This document shows, piece by piece, positions 1-10,708 of a stretch of 64,000 nt of DNA. The notes beneath the pieces are model-generated. The model was not told where the DNA came from. It ran no database searches and saw only the letters and a list, made by a program, of their open reading frames with translations. The DNA lies in assembly GCA_963693365.1 (NCBI GenBank), contig CAVNZM010000003.1:7931312-7995311 (forward strand). Direction: 5' to 3'. Every line of letters starts with the position of its first letter. Within the stretch, counting starts at the first letter, position 1. The stretch comes from Amoebidium appalachense. Its lineage: Eukaryota > Protista > Ichthyosporea. The translations under genes were made by a program, and so were the position numbers.

Positions 1-297
1 CACGCGGGGGTGTGGGCGGACACAGAGGTAGAAGAAGGGGGGGGAGGGAGTGCTAGGTGAGTGCAAGGGGGGGGAGGCTCGTGGGATGGGGGGGGGGAAG
101 TAAAATTATGTGCAGTGGCCAGAATAACGTCTTTGTGTAGGGACATTTATTCTTGGCGCGCGCGGGCGCCGTAGTTGGCCTGCGAAAATTTTTACTCAGC
201 CCTATTGGCCCGTTCTCCCAAGCTCCGTTTCCTTGTACCCGTGTGTCCTAGCTCCTAGCCCCTATGTTCTATCTGTGTGTGTGGGTGTGCGCGTAGA

Positions 298-900
298 CTA
301 GGCATGGTGCTTGCAGTCTTTGCGGGGGTGTGTGCCAGAGCAGAGCGGGCACACGTGGGAGAAGGGGCAGGGCTGCTTAGCGCAGGACCGACCGTTAATG
401 TGGAAATTCCTGCAGTGCGCGCGGGTAGATCCACGGGTTGGGCCGGTTTTGCTGGGCCGGGTTGCGGGCCAGGGCGGTTGGGGTGTGTCCCCCGCCGGGC
501 TTATGGGGCGGCTTGAAGCCGTCAAGACCACAGCCGGGCTTGGGGTACATGGGGCAGGCCGCGCTGGGGTGGTTGGGGAAGCCACAGCGCTGACATGCGT
601 CCGGGATGACTCGAGCAGAGTGGGTGGCAGGAGGAGATCCTGGTGGAGTTGGGCGAGCAGGTTGGGACACTCAATCGGAGCCCGACCCTGCTGGTGGGCA
701 ACGGTACGGGCGTACACGTCATAGTTGTGGATCTGGGCCCACGGGTATCGGGTGCTGAGGCGAGTGATGTGCTGAGTCCAAAGTACGTCCTTGTCCGTGG
801 GGAGGTCAAGGTGGTGCTTGGCGGCCATGTAATGGGTCCAAGCTTGGATCCAAATGACGAGTGAACGCAGGCCCTGGGGAACGGGTTTGTCATTGGGTGA
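298..900 (-). mobile_element. 5'-truncated gag/ORF1 of a DIRS/Ngaro-type (tyrosine recombinase) retrotransposon; element probably continues left of the window
   Basis: The C-terminal part of ORF 298..1338 reads WIQAWTHY...HITRLSTRYPWAQIHNYDVYART and ends in CRNFHINGRSCAKQPCPFSHVCPLCSGTHPRKDC. The W..AW..Y/YD..R block plus terminal Cys/His finger resembles Ngaro/DIRS ORF1. No RT or YR is visible in the window. Confidence 0.65.
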
Positions 901-1855
901 CGATCTCAGGGCTCTGACGTTCGACTGTTTCAACGAGAGACTGGATGTAGCTGAGGGTTTCAGCACGGTTGTAGAGGGGGAACACGGTGGTGTAACCGGT
1001 GGCATCACAAACACACACCGGAGCAACCTTGTAGCCGCCGTAGGAAGCACAGGGAGCTTCGAAGAAGTCCAGGTGCCACTTAGCGCCGGGGATGGTGAAA
1101 CGGGAACGGGTGCCGGGAAACGGAGCCTTGGTGGTCTTGCCAGACATGCAGCCGAAGCAGTCACTGTGGTCGGTGGACTTGAGTGAGGGGGGCATGCCGA
1201 TGACAAGCTCATCCTTGGCCATTCTGGTGACGGTGGATATGGATCGGTGGCCAAGACGGTTGTGCCAAAGGGTAAGGTCGTCGTTCTGTTGAGTCCTTGC
1301 TGTGTAGGCTTGGACCCACGGATGTTGAGGAGTGTCAATCACGTAGTCAGTGATGTAGTAGAGCCCGTTGAGGGCCGTGAGGTCGGAAATAATGTCACCG
1401 TTACGGCTGTAGAGGAACGACGGGTGGATGTCTGCATCGTCACAATGACCAAGGAGGCCGGTAGTAGAGGCCATGGAGGCAGACACGAGGAAGGACGGTG
1501 ACTCGGGTACGTAGAGGGCGTTGATGCTGCACGTCTTGGTTGAGTTGCCGTTGTAGTGCAGGGTCATGTTGATGATGCCACGGTGTGTGGCATGGACGGT
1601 ACCCAGGCCTTGAATGGGGATTGGGGTACACGGGGTAAGGGTGGAGAAATACTCCTTGATGGGGCAGATGTGTGCATTGCAGGCGCTGTCCCAGACGGGG
1701 TCGTCACGGTGTGGTGTGCCGGTGGATAAGATGAGTGCAAATTGTACACTCTTGTTGCCTTTCTCCTGTTTGGCACGACGAGCAACAGCACAGCCAGGTT
1801 CTGGGCAAGATGTGATGCCAGTGTGGTGGGGTTCATGGCAATAGGAACACTCCAC
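890..1855 (-). pseudogene. Copia pol fragment: Zn knuckle, aspartic protease, GAG-pre-integrase, start of rve integrase
   Basis: CSYCHEPHHTGITSC; VWDSACNAHIC (protease); LWHNRLGH...CFGCMSGK (HHCC); KWHLDFF...VCDATGYTTVFPL. The frame stops at 890 before the second catalytic Asp. Confidence 0.9.
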
Positions 1856-2757
1856 TCTCTTGTTGTTGTGCTGTCGGTTACGGCAGTGTCCCTGTTACCA
1901 CGGGGGTAAGGGGAATTTGGACGGGGGCCGGGTGACTTGGAAGACGGACGATGGTCACGGGGACGGGACGGGGAGCGGTGAGGTGTACTCTCACGGCGAG
2001 GGATACGGTTACGGAGGTCACCGGGGGGAGCATTCTGCTCTGAAGTGCTCGAAGGGGACGGTTAATGACGGTTGCACCAGTGCCTGCGTCGATGAGGCCG
2101 ACACGAATCTCAGCTCCACGGATGTCACTGATGAGCTGGTTGAAGGACGGGTAATTCTTGTTGTTCATCCAGTAGTCGGAGCAGAGACGTTCAATGTCAG
2201 TGCAGACTAGGGCGGTGTTCTTGCGTAGGTGAAGGAAGAACTTGCGCACGACATCCTTGTGTTGGACGGGATCGTCGAGGCAGGACTTGAAGGGTCGTAG
2301 CCAGACGTTGGAGGCGGGTGAGGTACGCTGTGACGTTGGGGAAGTCTCGTAGTTCAAGCTCCTCGTAGGTGACTTGAATCTGAGTGACGCGAGCCTCCTT
2401 CTCTGCCACATAAGCCATACGCAGGTTATGGAAGACTTCTCCACCGTGAACACCGTCTTGCATGCGGCCGGAGCCGTAGAGCTCTGTAGGATGAACTTCG
2501 GACTGGTTGAGAATTTGGTCGAGGACGTCGGAAGCTTTCTTGTAGGCGTCCTTGGTGCCGTAGTCTAGCCACTGGTTGGCGTCGGAGCCGTCAACCCACT
2601 GTGGTGCCTTGATGGCGTCAACGCATTTCTCGGCAATGGTGGTTCTTATGAAACGGTGGATGAGTGGCTCCCATTCGAAATAGTTGAGATGCTTATCATC
2701 CTTCTTCTCGGACGGATTCCATTGTGGAAGGTTGATGTACTATGGTTTGTCAGTCAT
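1856..2757 (-). pseudogene. Copia gag, disrupted
   Basis: ATG at 2757 followed by an in-frame TAG at codon 6. Reads NYFEWEPLIHRF...NVTAYLTRLQRLATTL (copia gag/UBN2-like), with a frameshift near 2290 and further shifts before the Zn knuckle. Confidence 0.7.
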
Positions 2758-2935
2758 GGTTGAAGCAGTGTGTACGGAGGAATTTCGCGGTTGTAACGAG
2801 ATTGTGTGTTAGCGTGCAAAGGGGCCGTAAACCTGTTATCTTGTGTGGGTAAACGGAGAAGCAGAGAGCACAGATGGGTGTTATGATATACACAACACAG
2901 AGACACACGGGAGAAACACAACCGGAGAGGTGGAA

Positions 2936-2950
2936 CGATTTCTGGGACCA
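2936..2950 (-). promoter_or_regulatory. Putative primer-binding site TGGTCCCAGAAATCG
   Basis: Starts with TGG (complementary to tRNA CCA), directly after the putative LTR and upstream of gag. The cognate tRNA was not identified. Confidence 0.5.
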
Positions 2951-3279
2951 TAGAAAATGATTTTAACTGCTTGATATTTATTTCAAGATGAAGTTCCTTT
3001 TATACTCAGGAATGTAAAATCGATAAGCCAATCAAAAGAACGAAAACTCTTTTATCCAATCAGAAAGACGAAGACTACCAGGGTAAAATAAATCGATCAA
3101 AATGCCTGTCGACACATAGAAGATAAAACGCAATCTTCTAATAACAATGAAGGTAATCTCTAATGAAACTACGGAAACATTTAACAAAATGAAACCACTT
3201 AACAATGTATCTATTAGTTCACATCATATATTTATACATGTTGTTAACATAACACGTCTAAATATAAGTATTCCTAATA
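2951..3279 (-). repeat. Putative 5' LTR of the copia element (~330 bp, TA...TA termini)
   Basis: On the minus strand it starts TATTAGGAAT, contains a TATAAAAGG box and AATAAA, and ends TTTTCTA immediately before TGG. No second LTR is available to confirm the boundaries. Confidence 0.55.
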
Positions 3280-4281
3280 GCTGTGGAGTTTAGATCAATT
3301 CTACGTCGTGGGAAAAGAAGGAAAAGGAAAGAGGATAGAAGGAATGGAATGGGAAAGGAAACGAGTAGAATTAATGAGGAATGTAGATTACTATATTTGG
3401 GAAAATATAACGAGATCTGATTGGACAACTTATTTAGACATTGACGCAAACAACAACTTGAATACGTGTGCGCGGGCTAAATAGCTCGATGTGTACACAG
3501 ATCTATGTAAAATTATATACTGTAGTATTTGGGACGTAAGCAGAGACACAGTGGTGCAGTGTGAAAACACCACAAACACACAACAACAAAACACGGAACG
3601 ATCGGAGCAGTGTACACAACAGACATCAATGTTTAGACACGACTAACGAAATCAATCCATTGATTTCGTATATATACTTGAGAAATAGCTAAGTCAAATC
3701 GGTATGTGATTTCCGACCAGTCGGAAATCAGATCCAGGTCTAAAACAAACCAATCACTATGAACTGATTGTTTAAGGACAGATCTGGCAGGCGGGAACAC
3801 ACACGATAGGTCACAGCCACTACTTAGTATCGAGGTGTTGAGACAACGAGGAACGAGGGAGCTGTCGTGCATATTTCTAACCTATCAAGCACTGCAAGAC
3901 ACAGGTACAACAGCACTAACCCTGTTGATTGGTCACAGCCCGGCAACACATGAAAACTAAAGTAAATTAAAGAGCTGTGATCACACGTGTCAAACTACTA
4001 AGTGTAGCCTTGAAGTGTGTGGTTGTCCAATCAACACATACTAAGCAACACGAATTCACTCAACATATATTAGTGAGAAAGAAAGACAACAATCTAAGAT
4101 ATCTGTGCACACGGAAACGGAAAGGAAAGAAAGAAAGGAAGAAAGGAAAAGGGAAAAGGAAACGAACAACAACAAACTAATAAACATGTGTAAAACTCAA
4201 CTTCTAAGTCTTGCCGTTAATCATGGGTAGATGACATTGGGTGGGTGGGGGGTTGGGGGGTTGGGTGCGTGGAGGTGGTGT

Positions 4282-4312
<31 letters not shown>

Positions 4313-4559
4313 TGCGTGGAGGTGGTGTGTGTGTGTGTGTGTGGGGGGGGGGGGGGGGTAGAATGTGTAATGGAGTACGAAGTATACATTGACAACGAAT
4401 AACAAATGCGGAGTGCAAACCACATGCAGAGCATGCATCCTTCCAGGAAGGGGATGGGGGGAGGGGGCGGGGGGGAAGGGAGGCCCCAGCTTCATCCTTC
4501 AAGTTGGCTGTAGGGGGATGGCTGTGTGACCACGCCCTTGCACTCCCAATGATCAGTGA

Positions 4560-4616
<57 letters not shown>

Positions 4617-4715
4617 TGTTTTGTACGGGTCTAAGGGAGCAGAGTGCACAGAGGTGTCATGTAAAACACGACTAACACATTAATGAGAGGGCAATCGGAG
4701 TTGTTCACGAGACAT

Positions 4716-5007
4716 TGAAAGATTCAAACAACAACTGATTCTTTATTGTGCTCTCGGTTCCTTTTGTACTTGCGACTTATCACCTTATCACAACTAAAGA
4801 GGGAGAACCAATCGGTTCTATCAGAAGATAGAAAAACACATTCCGACAGAGCATACGCATTCCAACTTCCGATTAAACTAAAGTTTAGAAACTCTTACTT
4901 TAAGTTAAATAAATTAAGTAATTATACATCTAGTCACTATTAACTCACATCTATATTTATGTTCGTCTCTATAAAGAAACTTATTTATATACATATATTT
5001 CCTAATA
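4716..5007 (-). repeat. Possible solo LTR related in layout to the copia LTR
   Basis: The minus strand starts TATTAGGAA (same as 3279), has a TACAAAAGGAAC box followed by AATAAA, and ends CTTTCA. No clean TSD. Confidence 0.35.
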
Positions 5008-5371
5008 GTCGACACTCTCAAAGTGAAGACACTTTGCAATAAACCGAATTCCATATATATCTTTTGTCCAATCACAACACACATATATTAATAGACAGGA
5101 ATGCACAACACGATCTACAGATGTACTCGCTTGCGACTATTGGCGAGCCATCCTTGTGAGAACAAAACTAAGCCATTTTGAAATAAAGGAAAGACAACGA
5201 GTGTAGCTAGCCAATCACGCTACCTCTCAGATAAACAGAGGAGAGCAAACAGAAATAAAATACAATAAGTTCTTATCAGGCAAGAGAGCCAGGTGTGCAC
5301 AGATCTACAGATATCTGTGCTCACAGAAACAAGGGAGAGAGAGATACGGGGGGGGGGGGGGGGGGGGGGGG

Positions 5372-5435
<64 letters not shown>

Positions 5436-5532
5436 AAAGAGCACAAAGAAGGAAAGCAGACACGAATACAAACAAGCTAAGACACATACATACTTAAAGG
5501 CTCTTGCTGTCATACATGGTGACGTATTCCAA

Positions 5533-5599
<67 letters not shown>

Positions 5600-5603
<4 letters not shown>

Positions 5604-7039
5604 GTATCCTAATGTATGTGTACTAGAGACGCGGCACTCTACTAAGTGTACACACACGAAAAGGAACGAACGTGTACGAAAAACGGTAAAGTTTATTAAG
5701 ACCAGGCTGACATATACTAATCCGTCTCATCAGATCAGTCTAAGTCTACGATCGAGATCGGGGGGGGGGGGGGGGGGGGTGGCCCGGGTCCACAGATCAT
5801 CAAGATCAAGTCCGGGGCCTCAAGATAGCTGAACAGCTGCGTGCATCTTGCCTCTGCCGGCGCAGGGCATTGGACCACGTCAGCCGGGACAGCCGTCCAA
5901 TAGAATTCTAATTAGTGTGTAGGATAGATCGTAGGAGGACTTAGGAATGTGATTGTTCGGGCAGAAGCCCTTTTGTAAGTATTGGCAAGGTTTGATAGTG
6001 TATGTTGCCAAACGTATTTATATAATATTATTTAGATGTAGAGGAAAGGGGGGGAGGGAGGGGGGGGGAGGATAGTATGAAATGTAGATTTAGACTCTGC
6101 GGTGCCACTAGGGGGAGGGTGAGGGGTGAGACTCGGATAAATATATTAGTTGAGTAGATCGACTTAGCTCGTGCAGGCGCACGATAAAAGTAGATCGGAA
6201 TGTTAATGGAATGTGGCATCGTAGGGGGCCAGGTGATGATGATCTTGTAGGGCACGGCCTTGATGGCCTCAGTCGTAACTTAGACTCAATCCGTACGGAT
6301 CTAAGTTTGCCCGTCGGAGCCTGGTCTTAATAAACTTTACCGTTTTTCGTACACGTTCGTTCCTTTTCGTGTGTGTACACTTAGTAGAGTGCCGCGTCTC
6401 TAGTACACATACAATAGGATACGACACAGGCTCCGACGGGCAAACTTAGATCCGTACGGATTGAGTCTAAGTTACGACTGAGGCCATCAAGGCCGTGCCC
6501 TACAAGATCATCATCACCTGGCCCCCTACGATGCCACATTCCATTAACATTCCGATCTACTTTTATCGTGCGCCTGCACGAGCTAAGTCGATCTACTCAA
6601 CTAATATATTTATCCAAGTCTCACCCCTCACCCTCCCCCTAGTGGCACCGCAGAGTCTAAATCTACATTTCATACTATCCTCCCCCCCCCCTCCCTCCCC
6701 CCCTTTCCTCTACATCTACATATATAAATACGTTTGGCAACATATGCTATCAAACCTTGCCAATCCTTACAAAAGGGCTTCTGCCCGAACAATCACATTC
6801 CTAAGTCCTCCTACGATCTATCCTACACACTAATTAGAATTCTATTGGACGGCTGTCCCGGCTGACGTGGTCCAATGCCCTGCGCCGGCAGAGGCAAGAT
6901 GATGCACGCAGCTGCACAGCTATCTTGAGGCCCCGGACTTGATCTTGATGATCTGTGACCCGGGCCACCCCCCCCCCCCCCCCCCCCGATCTCGATCGTA
7001 GACTTAGGCTAATCTGCTGAGACGGATTAGTATATGTCA
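5600..7039 (-). repeat. 3' LTR of the gypsy element, split into 5600-5707 and 6427-7039 by a nested solo LTR
   Basis: The joined pieces reproduce 13967-14690. I saw one substitution (tatcc/tatgc) plus poly-C length differences. Confidence 0.95.
5708..6426 (+). mobile_element. Solo LTR of the same gypsy family in opposite orientation, 5-bp TSD CAGGC
   Basis: Runs TGACATATAC...GGATACGACA, flanked by CAGGC at 5703-5707 and 6427-6431. It has several substitutions and indels relative to the host LTRs. Confidence 0.95.
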
Positions 7040-7049
7040 ACTCCCCCCC
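7040..7049 (-). promoter_or_regulatory. Polypurine tract of the gypsy element
   Basis: GGGGGGGAGT immediately precedes the TG of the 3' LTR on the minus strand. Confidence 0.85.
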
Positions 7050-7304
7050 GGCCCCCGGAAAAGCTGAGTCCCACCTCAGTCACATTACATCTAACACCCC
7101 CTAAAAAGACATAGACTAATCAGTCTCCTAAAAAAATTAAATTAAATAAATTACGAAGAAAAATAATAAATTAATCTACACCATAAGCTTGATACCTACG
7201 GAGACACCTATGATAATAAATTAAATTCCTACGACTACGTTCACACTCCTCCTCGGTCTCCTCCCCTCCCTCCCCCTCCCCCCGTGTGTCTACGTGTATT
7301 TGCA

Positions 7305-9113
7305 TCACTCCCCCCCCCCGGCCCCCTCCCCCACCGACTTTTTCACACCACGATTAAACTGAGGAATAACTCTCTTTGGCCGAGAGGGAGCACTAGGCAA
7401 CTCCCTCTGCACTAATCTAGCCTCATAAGCACGAATAGAAAACGGGCAATCCAAATGAAACTCAGGCAACCACTGATCTTCCTGATAACCTCCCTCAAAA
7501 CGAATTAAATAATAATTTACCTTACCTTCCTTACCTTCGATAACCTTTTTATCCATAATTTTATCTACTGCAGCCTCCGATACATCCACCGACCCGTCAT
7601 AGTCGGGGGTGAATGCATCTAACACTCGACGGCCCTCCGGCCGTTTAACCCTAAGGGCCCTATCATAATATTCCTTTATATCATCTACATTATAAAATCT
7701 AACATCACTCTCATTATCTAACCTCTGCACCTTATATTCCGTCGGACCTAACCTAGCCACTATTTTATACGGACCGATAAAAAGAGGCAACCATTTCTTA
7801 CCATACTTACGAAGACCTTCACCTTCACCCTTACCTTCCTGCTCCTGCTTATATCTCTTTTTCCTAGTATGATCCCTAATTAAAACTAAAGTACCCTCGG
7901 CAAATTCACGTAACGGACGTGTGGACACGTCTGCACGTGTCTGTGCCTGCTGTGTACGGGCCAGAGCTGCATCACGTGCAGCCCGGGCCCGGGTTAGTAG
8001 CTGCTCCCGGAACTCAGTCCAGTGGGGATAGGTTAGTCGGTCAGCCCCCCCCATCGGCAAAAGTGCCGTATCTAACAAACTAATAGCCTCCTGCCCATAG
8101 ACCAAATAAAACGGAGAAAAACCAGTCACAGCATGAGGGGTAGAATTATATGAATGAGCAATAAACCTAGACATATGATCCCAATCATTAGCCTCCACAT
8201 CCACCATTTTGCCAAAGGACTTCTGAAACACTGCATGCACACGTTCAGAGATGGCATTTGCTTGAGGGTGATATGCAGACGTAGTGATATGAGCTACCCT
8301 TAAAATTTTACACACCTCTGACACCAACTGATTTAAAAACACACGACTCCTATCCGTTAACAAAACACGAGGACAACCAAACCTAAGACAAATTGCATCC
8401 ACAAAAATACGAGCAAACAAAACGGCATTAGCAGTGGGGAGAGGAAAAACTTCAACCCAACGAGTGGCCACATCGGTGACGGTAACAAGAACAGTGTTAC
8501 CCTCAACCGTAGAATTAAAAGGACCGACCACATCCACTGCTACCCTTTCAAACATACGAACATTAAAATCCCTAATAAACGACGGGCGGGAACGAGAGTG
8601 GGGACTCTCATTCCTTTCCTGACAATGCATGCATGACAACACATAATCCCTCACCTCCCTACTCATACCCGGCCAAAAATACGAACGATTAACACGAAGC
8701 AACGTCCTATTTACACCTAAATGACCAGCCATGGGATGCTCATGCACCATATGCAAAACCTCAGGCACAAGTGCCGTCGGGACCCAAACTCGGTGTCCGT
8801 CTGGCCCAGAACAATGATAAACTAAATCCTGCTCTACCTGACACATTTTTGCTAACTTAGCTACCTTAATCATCTGCCTTTTATTTTTAAATTTAATCGA
8901 ATCAACCGGCCCCTTTAAATAATTCTTAACCAGACCAATCAACACATCTTCCTCCTGAGCTAAGATCAAAGCCGTAGGTGCTAAGGCAGGGGCCGAACCA
9001 TGAGACTCGGTCCCGACCTCAGACACTGACAAATACCTCCCCCCCCCTCCCCTACACTTATAACTTATCAAGCAACCCTGGAGCCCAAGAAGACACATCA
9101 ACAGACACAGCAT
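7305..9113 (-). CDS. Gypsy integrase with HHCC, DDE core, GPY/F motif and C-terminal chromodomain (pol segment)
   Basis: HEHPMAGHLG...CMHCQ; VAVDVVGP, LLTDRS, SERVH; GPYKI; VDKIMDKKV...YYLIRFEGGYQEDQWLPEFHLDCPFSIRAYE. Confidence 0.95.
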   Translation of the reverse strand: MLCLLMCLLGLQGCLISYKCRGGGGRYLSVSEVGTESHGSAPALAPTALILAQEEDVLIGLVKNYLKGPVDSIKFKNKRQMIKVAKLAKMCQVEQDLVYHCSGPDGHRVWVPTALVPEVLHMVHEHPMAGHLGVNRTLLRVNRSYFWPGMSREVRDYVLSCMHCQERNESPHSRSRPSFIRDFNVRMFERVAVDVVGPFNSTVEGNTVLVTVTDVATRWVEVFPLPTANAVLFARIFVDAICLRFGCPRVLLTDRSRVFLNQLVSEVCKILRVAHITTSAYHPQANAISERVHAVFQKSFGKMVDVEANDWDHMSRFIAHSYNSTPHAVTGFSPFYLVYGQEAISLLDTALLPMGGADRLTYPHWTEFREQLLTRARAARDAALARTQQAQTRADVSTRPLREFAEGTLVLIRDHTRKKRYKQEQEGKGEGEGLRKYGKKWLPLFIGPYKIVARLGPTEYKVQRLDNESDVRFYNVDDIKEYYDRALRVKRPEGRRVLDAFTPDYDGSVDVSEAAVDKIMDKKVIEGKEGKVNYYLIRFEGGYQEDQWLPEFHLDCPFSIRAYEARLVQRELPSAPSRPKRVIPQFNRGVKKSVGEGAGGGE

Positions 9114-9127
9114 CTATTCCTTTCTGC

Positions 9128-10708
9128 TCACTCTCCCCCCCCCTTCCCCCCCTCCCCCCCGTCTCTCACTAGCCCCCCCTCCCCCTCCTTCTCTTCTTCA
9201 AACAAAATATAAGCAGCACGAGAGAGAGCATCACAGTCAACCATTGTTTCACCCTTGGCATAAAACAATTTATAGGAGAACTCACCGAGAGCCGCGGCCC
9301 ACTTCTGCATCCTCTCGTTGACCAGACGAGTGGTGCCGGCCAGGGCTAGGCAGGGCTTGTGGTCGGTGTAGACCTCAAACGTCCTGCCTGCGAGTATGTA
9401 CCTCCATGCCTGTGAGACTGCCCAAAAGATAGCATGGGACTCTCTCTCTGGATTGCTATATCTACGTTCACTTTTACTAAATGAACGACTAGCATAAGCA
9501 ATCACTCTATCCTGCCCCTCCTGCACTTGATATAACACGGCCCCCTCAGCAACCTTACTTGCATCACACCGAACTTTAAACATCCCCCCCCCGGCCGAAA
9601 AATCAGGATGAACAAGCATACTCGAAGACTGCAAAGCTAACTTAAGCTTTTCGAAAGCAGAAACAGCATCAACATTCCAATCTATTCTATTCTTCTTCTC
9701 CCCCCCCGTCTGACTAGTTAACGGCAAAGCAAGCATACTATAATCCTTAATATAACGACGAAGATAATTAGTTAAACCTAAAAATTGCCTTAGTTGAGTG
9801 ACAGTCTGAGGATGGGGCCACTCAACTATGGCCCGGATTTTCTCCGGATCAGGGGAAAGACCATTACTAGACACAATATGACCTAAAAACTTAACCTCCG
9901 GCACACCGTGACCAATCACAGTCTTGCTACCGCTAATACGAAGACCAGACTCACCCAAAGCTAAAAATACTTTTTCACAATTATTAACTAACTCCTCAAA
10001 TGACCTACCTTTAATTAAAACATCATCCAAATAAGGGTGGCATACATCCAAATGAGGGTGGAGAATTTTATACATTACCCGGCACAACATAGCTGGAGAG
10101 GAGAGCAAACCCATCGGCACCACCTTGTACTGGAACAGCTGGTCACCCAGTGCAAAGGCAGTCTTCTCCTTGCTGCTCTCCTCCAACCTTATCTGCCAAA
10201 AAGCTGCTTTTAAATCAAGTTTAGCAAAGTGAGTATAGCCGTGCAGCTGTGAAAGCTGCTCGTCTATGTTAGGGAGAGGCCATTGGTCTGCCTTAGTGAT
10301 CCGATTCAGAGCCCTGTAATCGTTCACTAGACGCCAAGACCCGTCGGGCTTCTTAACCAATAGCACCGGACTTCTCCACGGACTCGAACTATGCTCCACA
10401 TGACCCTTTTTTAACATATCACTCACTATTATTAGCGCATCCGACAATTTATACTGCTCCATTCTATAGCTAGGCATCACTACCGGCCTATTATCACCTG
10501 TGTCGATCTGCATTTCAAACCCTTTAACGAAGCCTACTTCGTTATCATCGGCCAGAAATGCAAACCGAGTCCTATCAAATAACTGAGCTAACAATTTTTT
10601 CTGTTCTACCGTCCAATCCCCCTCCTTCATACCAAACGGCAATACTAACTCCGGGTTACCCCCATCACAAGTGGATGCATCCTTATTCACCGGAGTGCCA
10701 CTTAACAT
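9128..10708 (-). CDS. Gypsy reverse transcriptase and RNase H (pol segment)
   Basis: SPVLLVKKPDGSWRLVNDYRALN, KLDLKAAFWQI, VPMGL, YLDD; RNase H CDAS...ERE...YTDH. Confidence 0.97.
   Translation of the reverse strand: MLSGTPVNKDASTCDGGNPELVLPFGMKEGDWTVEQKKLLAQLFDRTRFAFLADDNEVGFVKGFEMQIDTGDNRPVVMPSYRMEQYKLSDALIIVSDMLKKGHVEHSSSPWRSPVLLVKKPDGSWRLVNDYRALNRITKADQWPLPNIDEQLSQLHGYTHFAKLDLKAAFWQIRLEESSKEKTAFALGDQLFQYKVVPMGLLSSPAMLCRVMYKILHPHLDVCHPYLDDVLIKGRSFEELVNNCEKVFLALGESGLRISGSKTVIGHGVPEVKFLGHIVSSNGLSPDPEKIRAIVEWPHPQTVTQLRQFLGLTNYLRRYIKDYSMLALPLTSQTGGEKKNRIDWNVDAVSAFEKLKLALQSSSMLVHPDFSAGGGMFKVRCDASKVAEGAVLYQVQEGQDRVIAYASRSFSKSERRYSNPERESHAIFWAVSQAWRYILAGRTFEVYTDHKPCLALAGTTRLVNERMQKWAAALGEFSYKLFYAKGETMVDCDALSRAAYILFEEEKEGEGGLVRDGGEGGKGGGE

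Larger units (their letters stand above)
890..3279 (-). mobile_element. Degenerate, 3'-truncated Ty1/copia LTR retrotransposon (LTR-PBS-gag-PR-partial IN)
   Basis: Domain order is gag, Zn knuckle, protease, GAG-pre-integrase, integrase N-terminal core, which is copia order. A putative LTR and PBS lie upstream. Confidence 0.9.
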
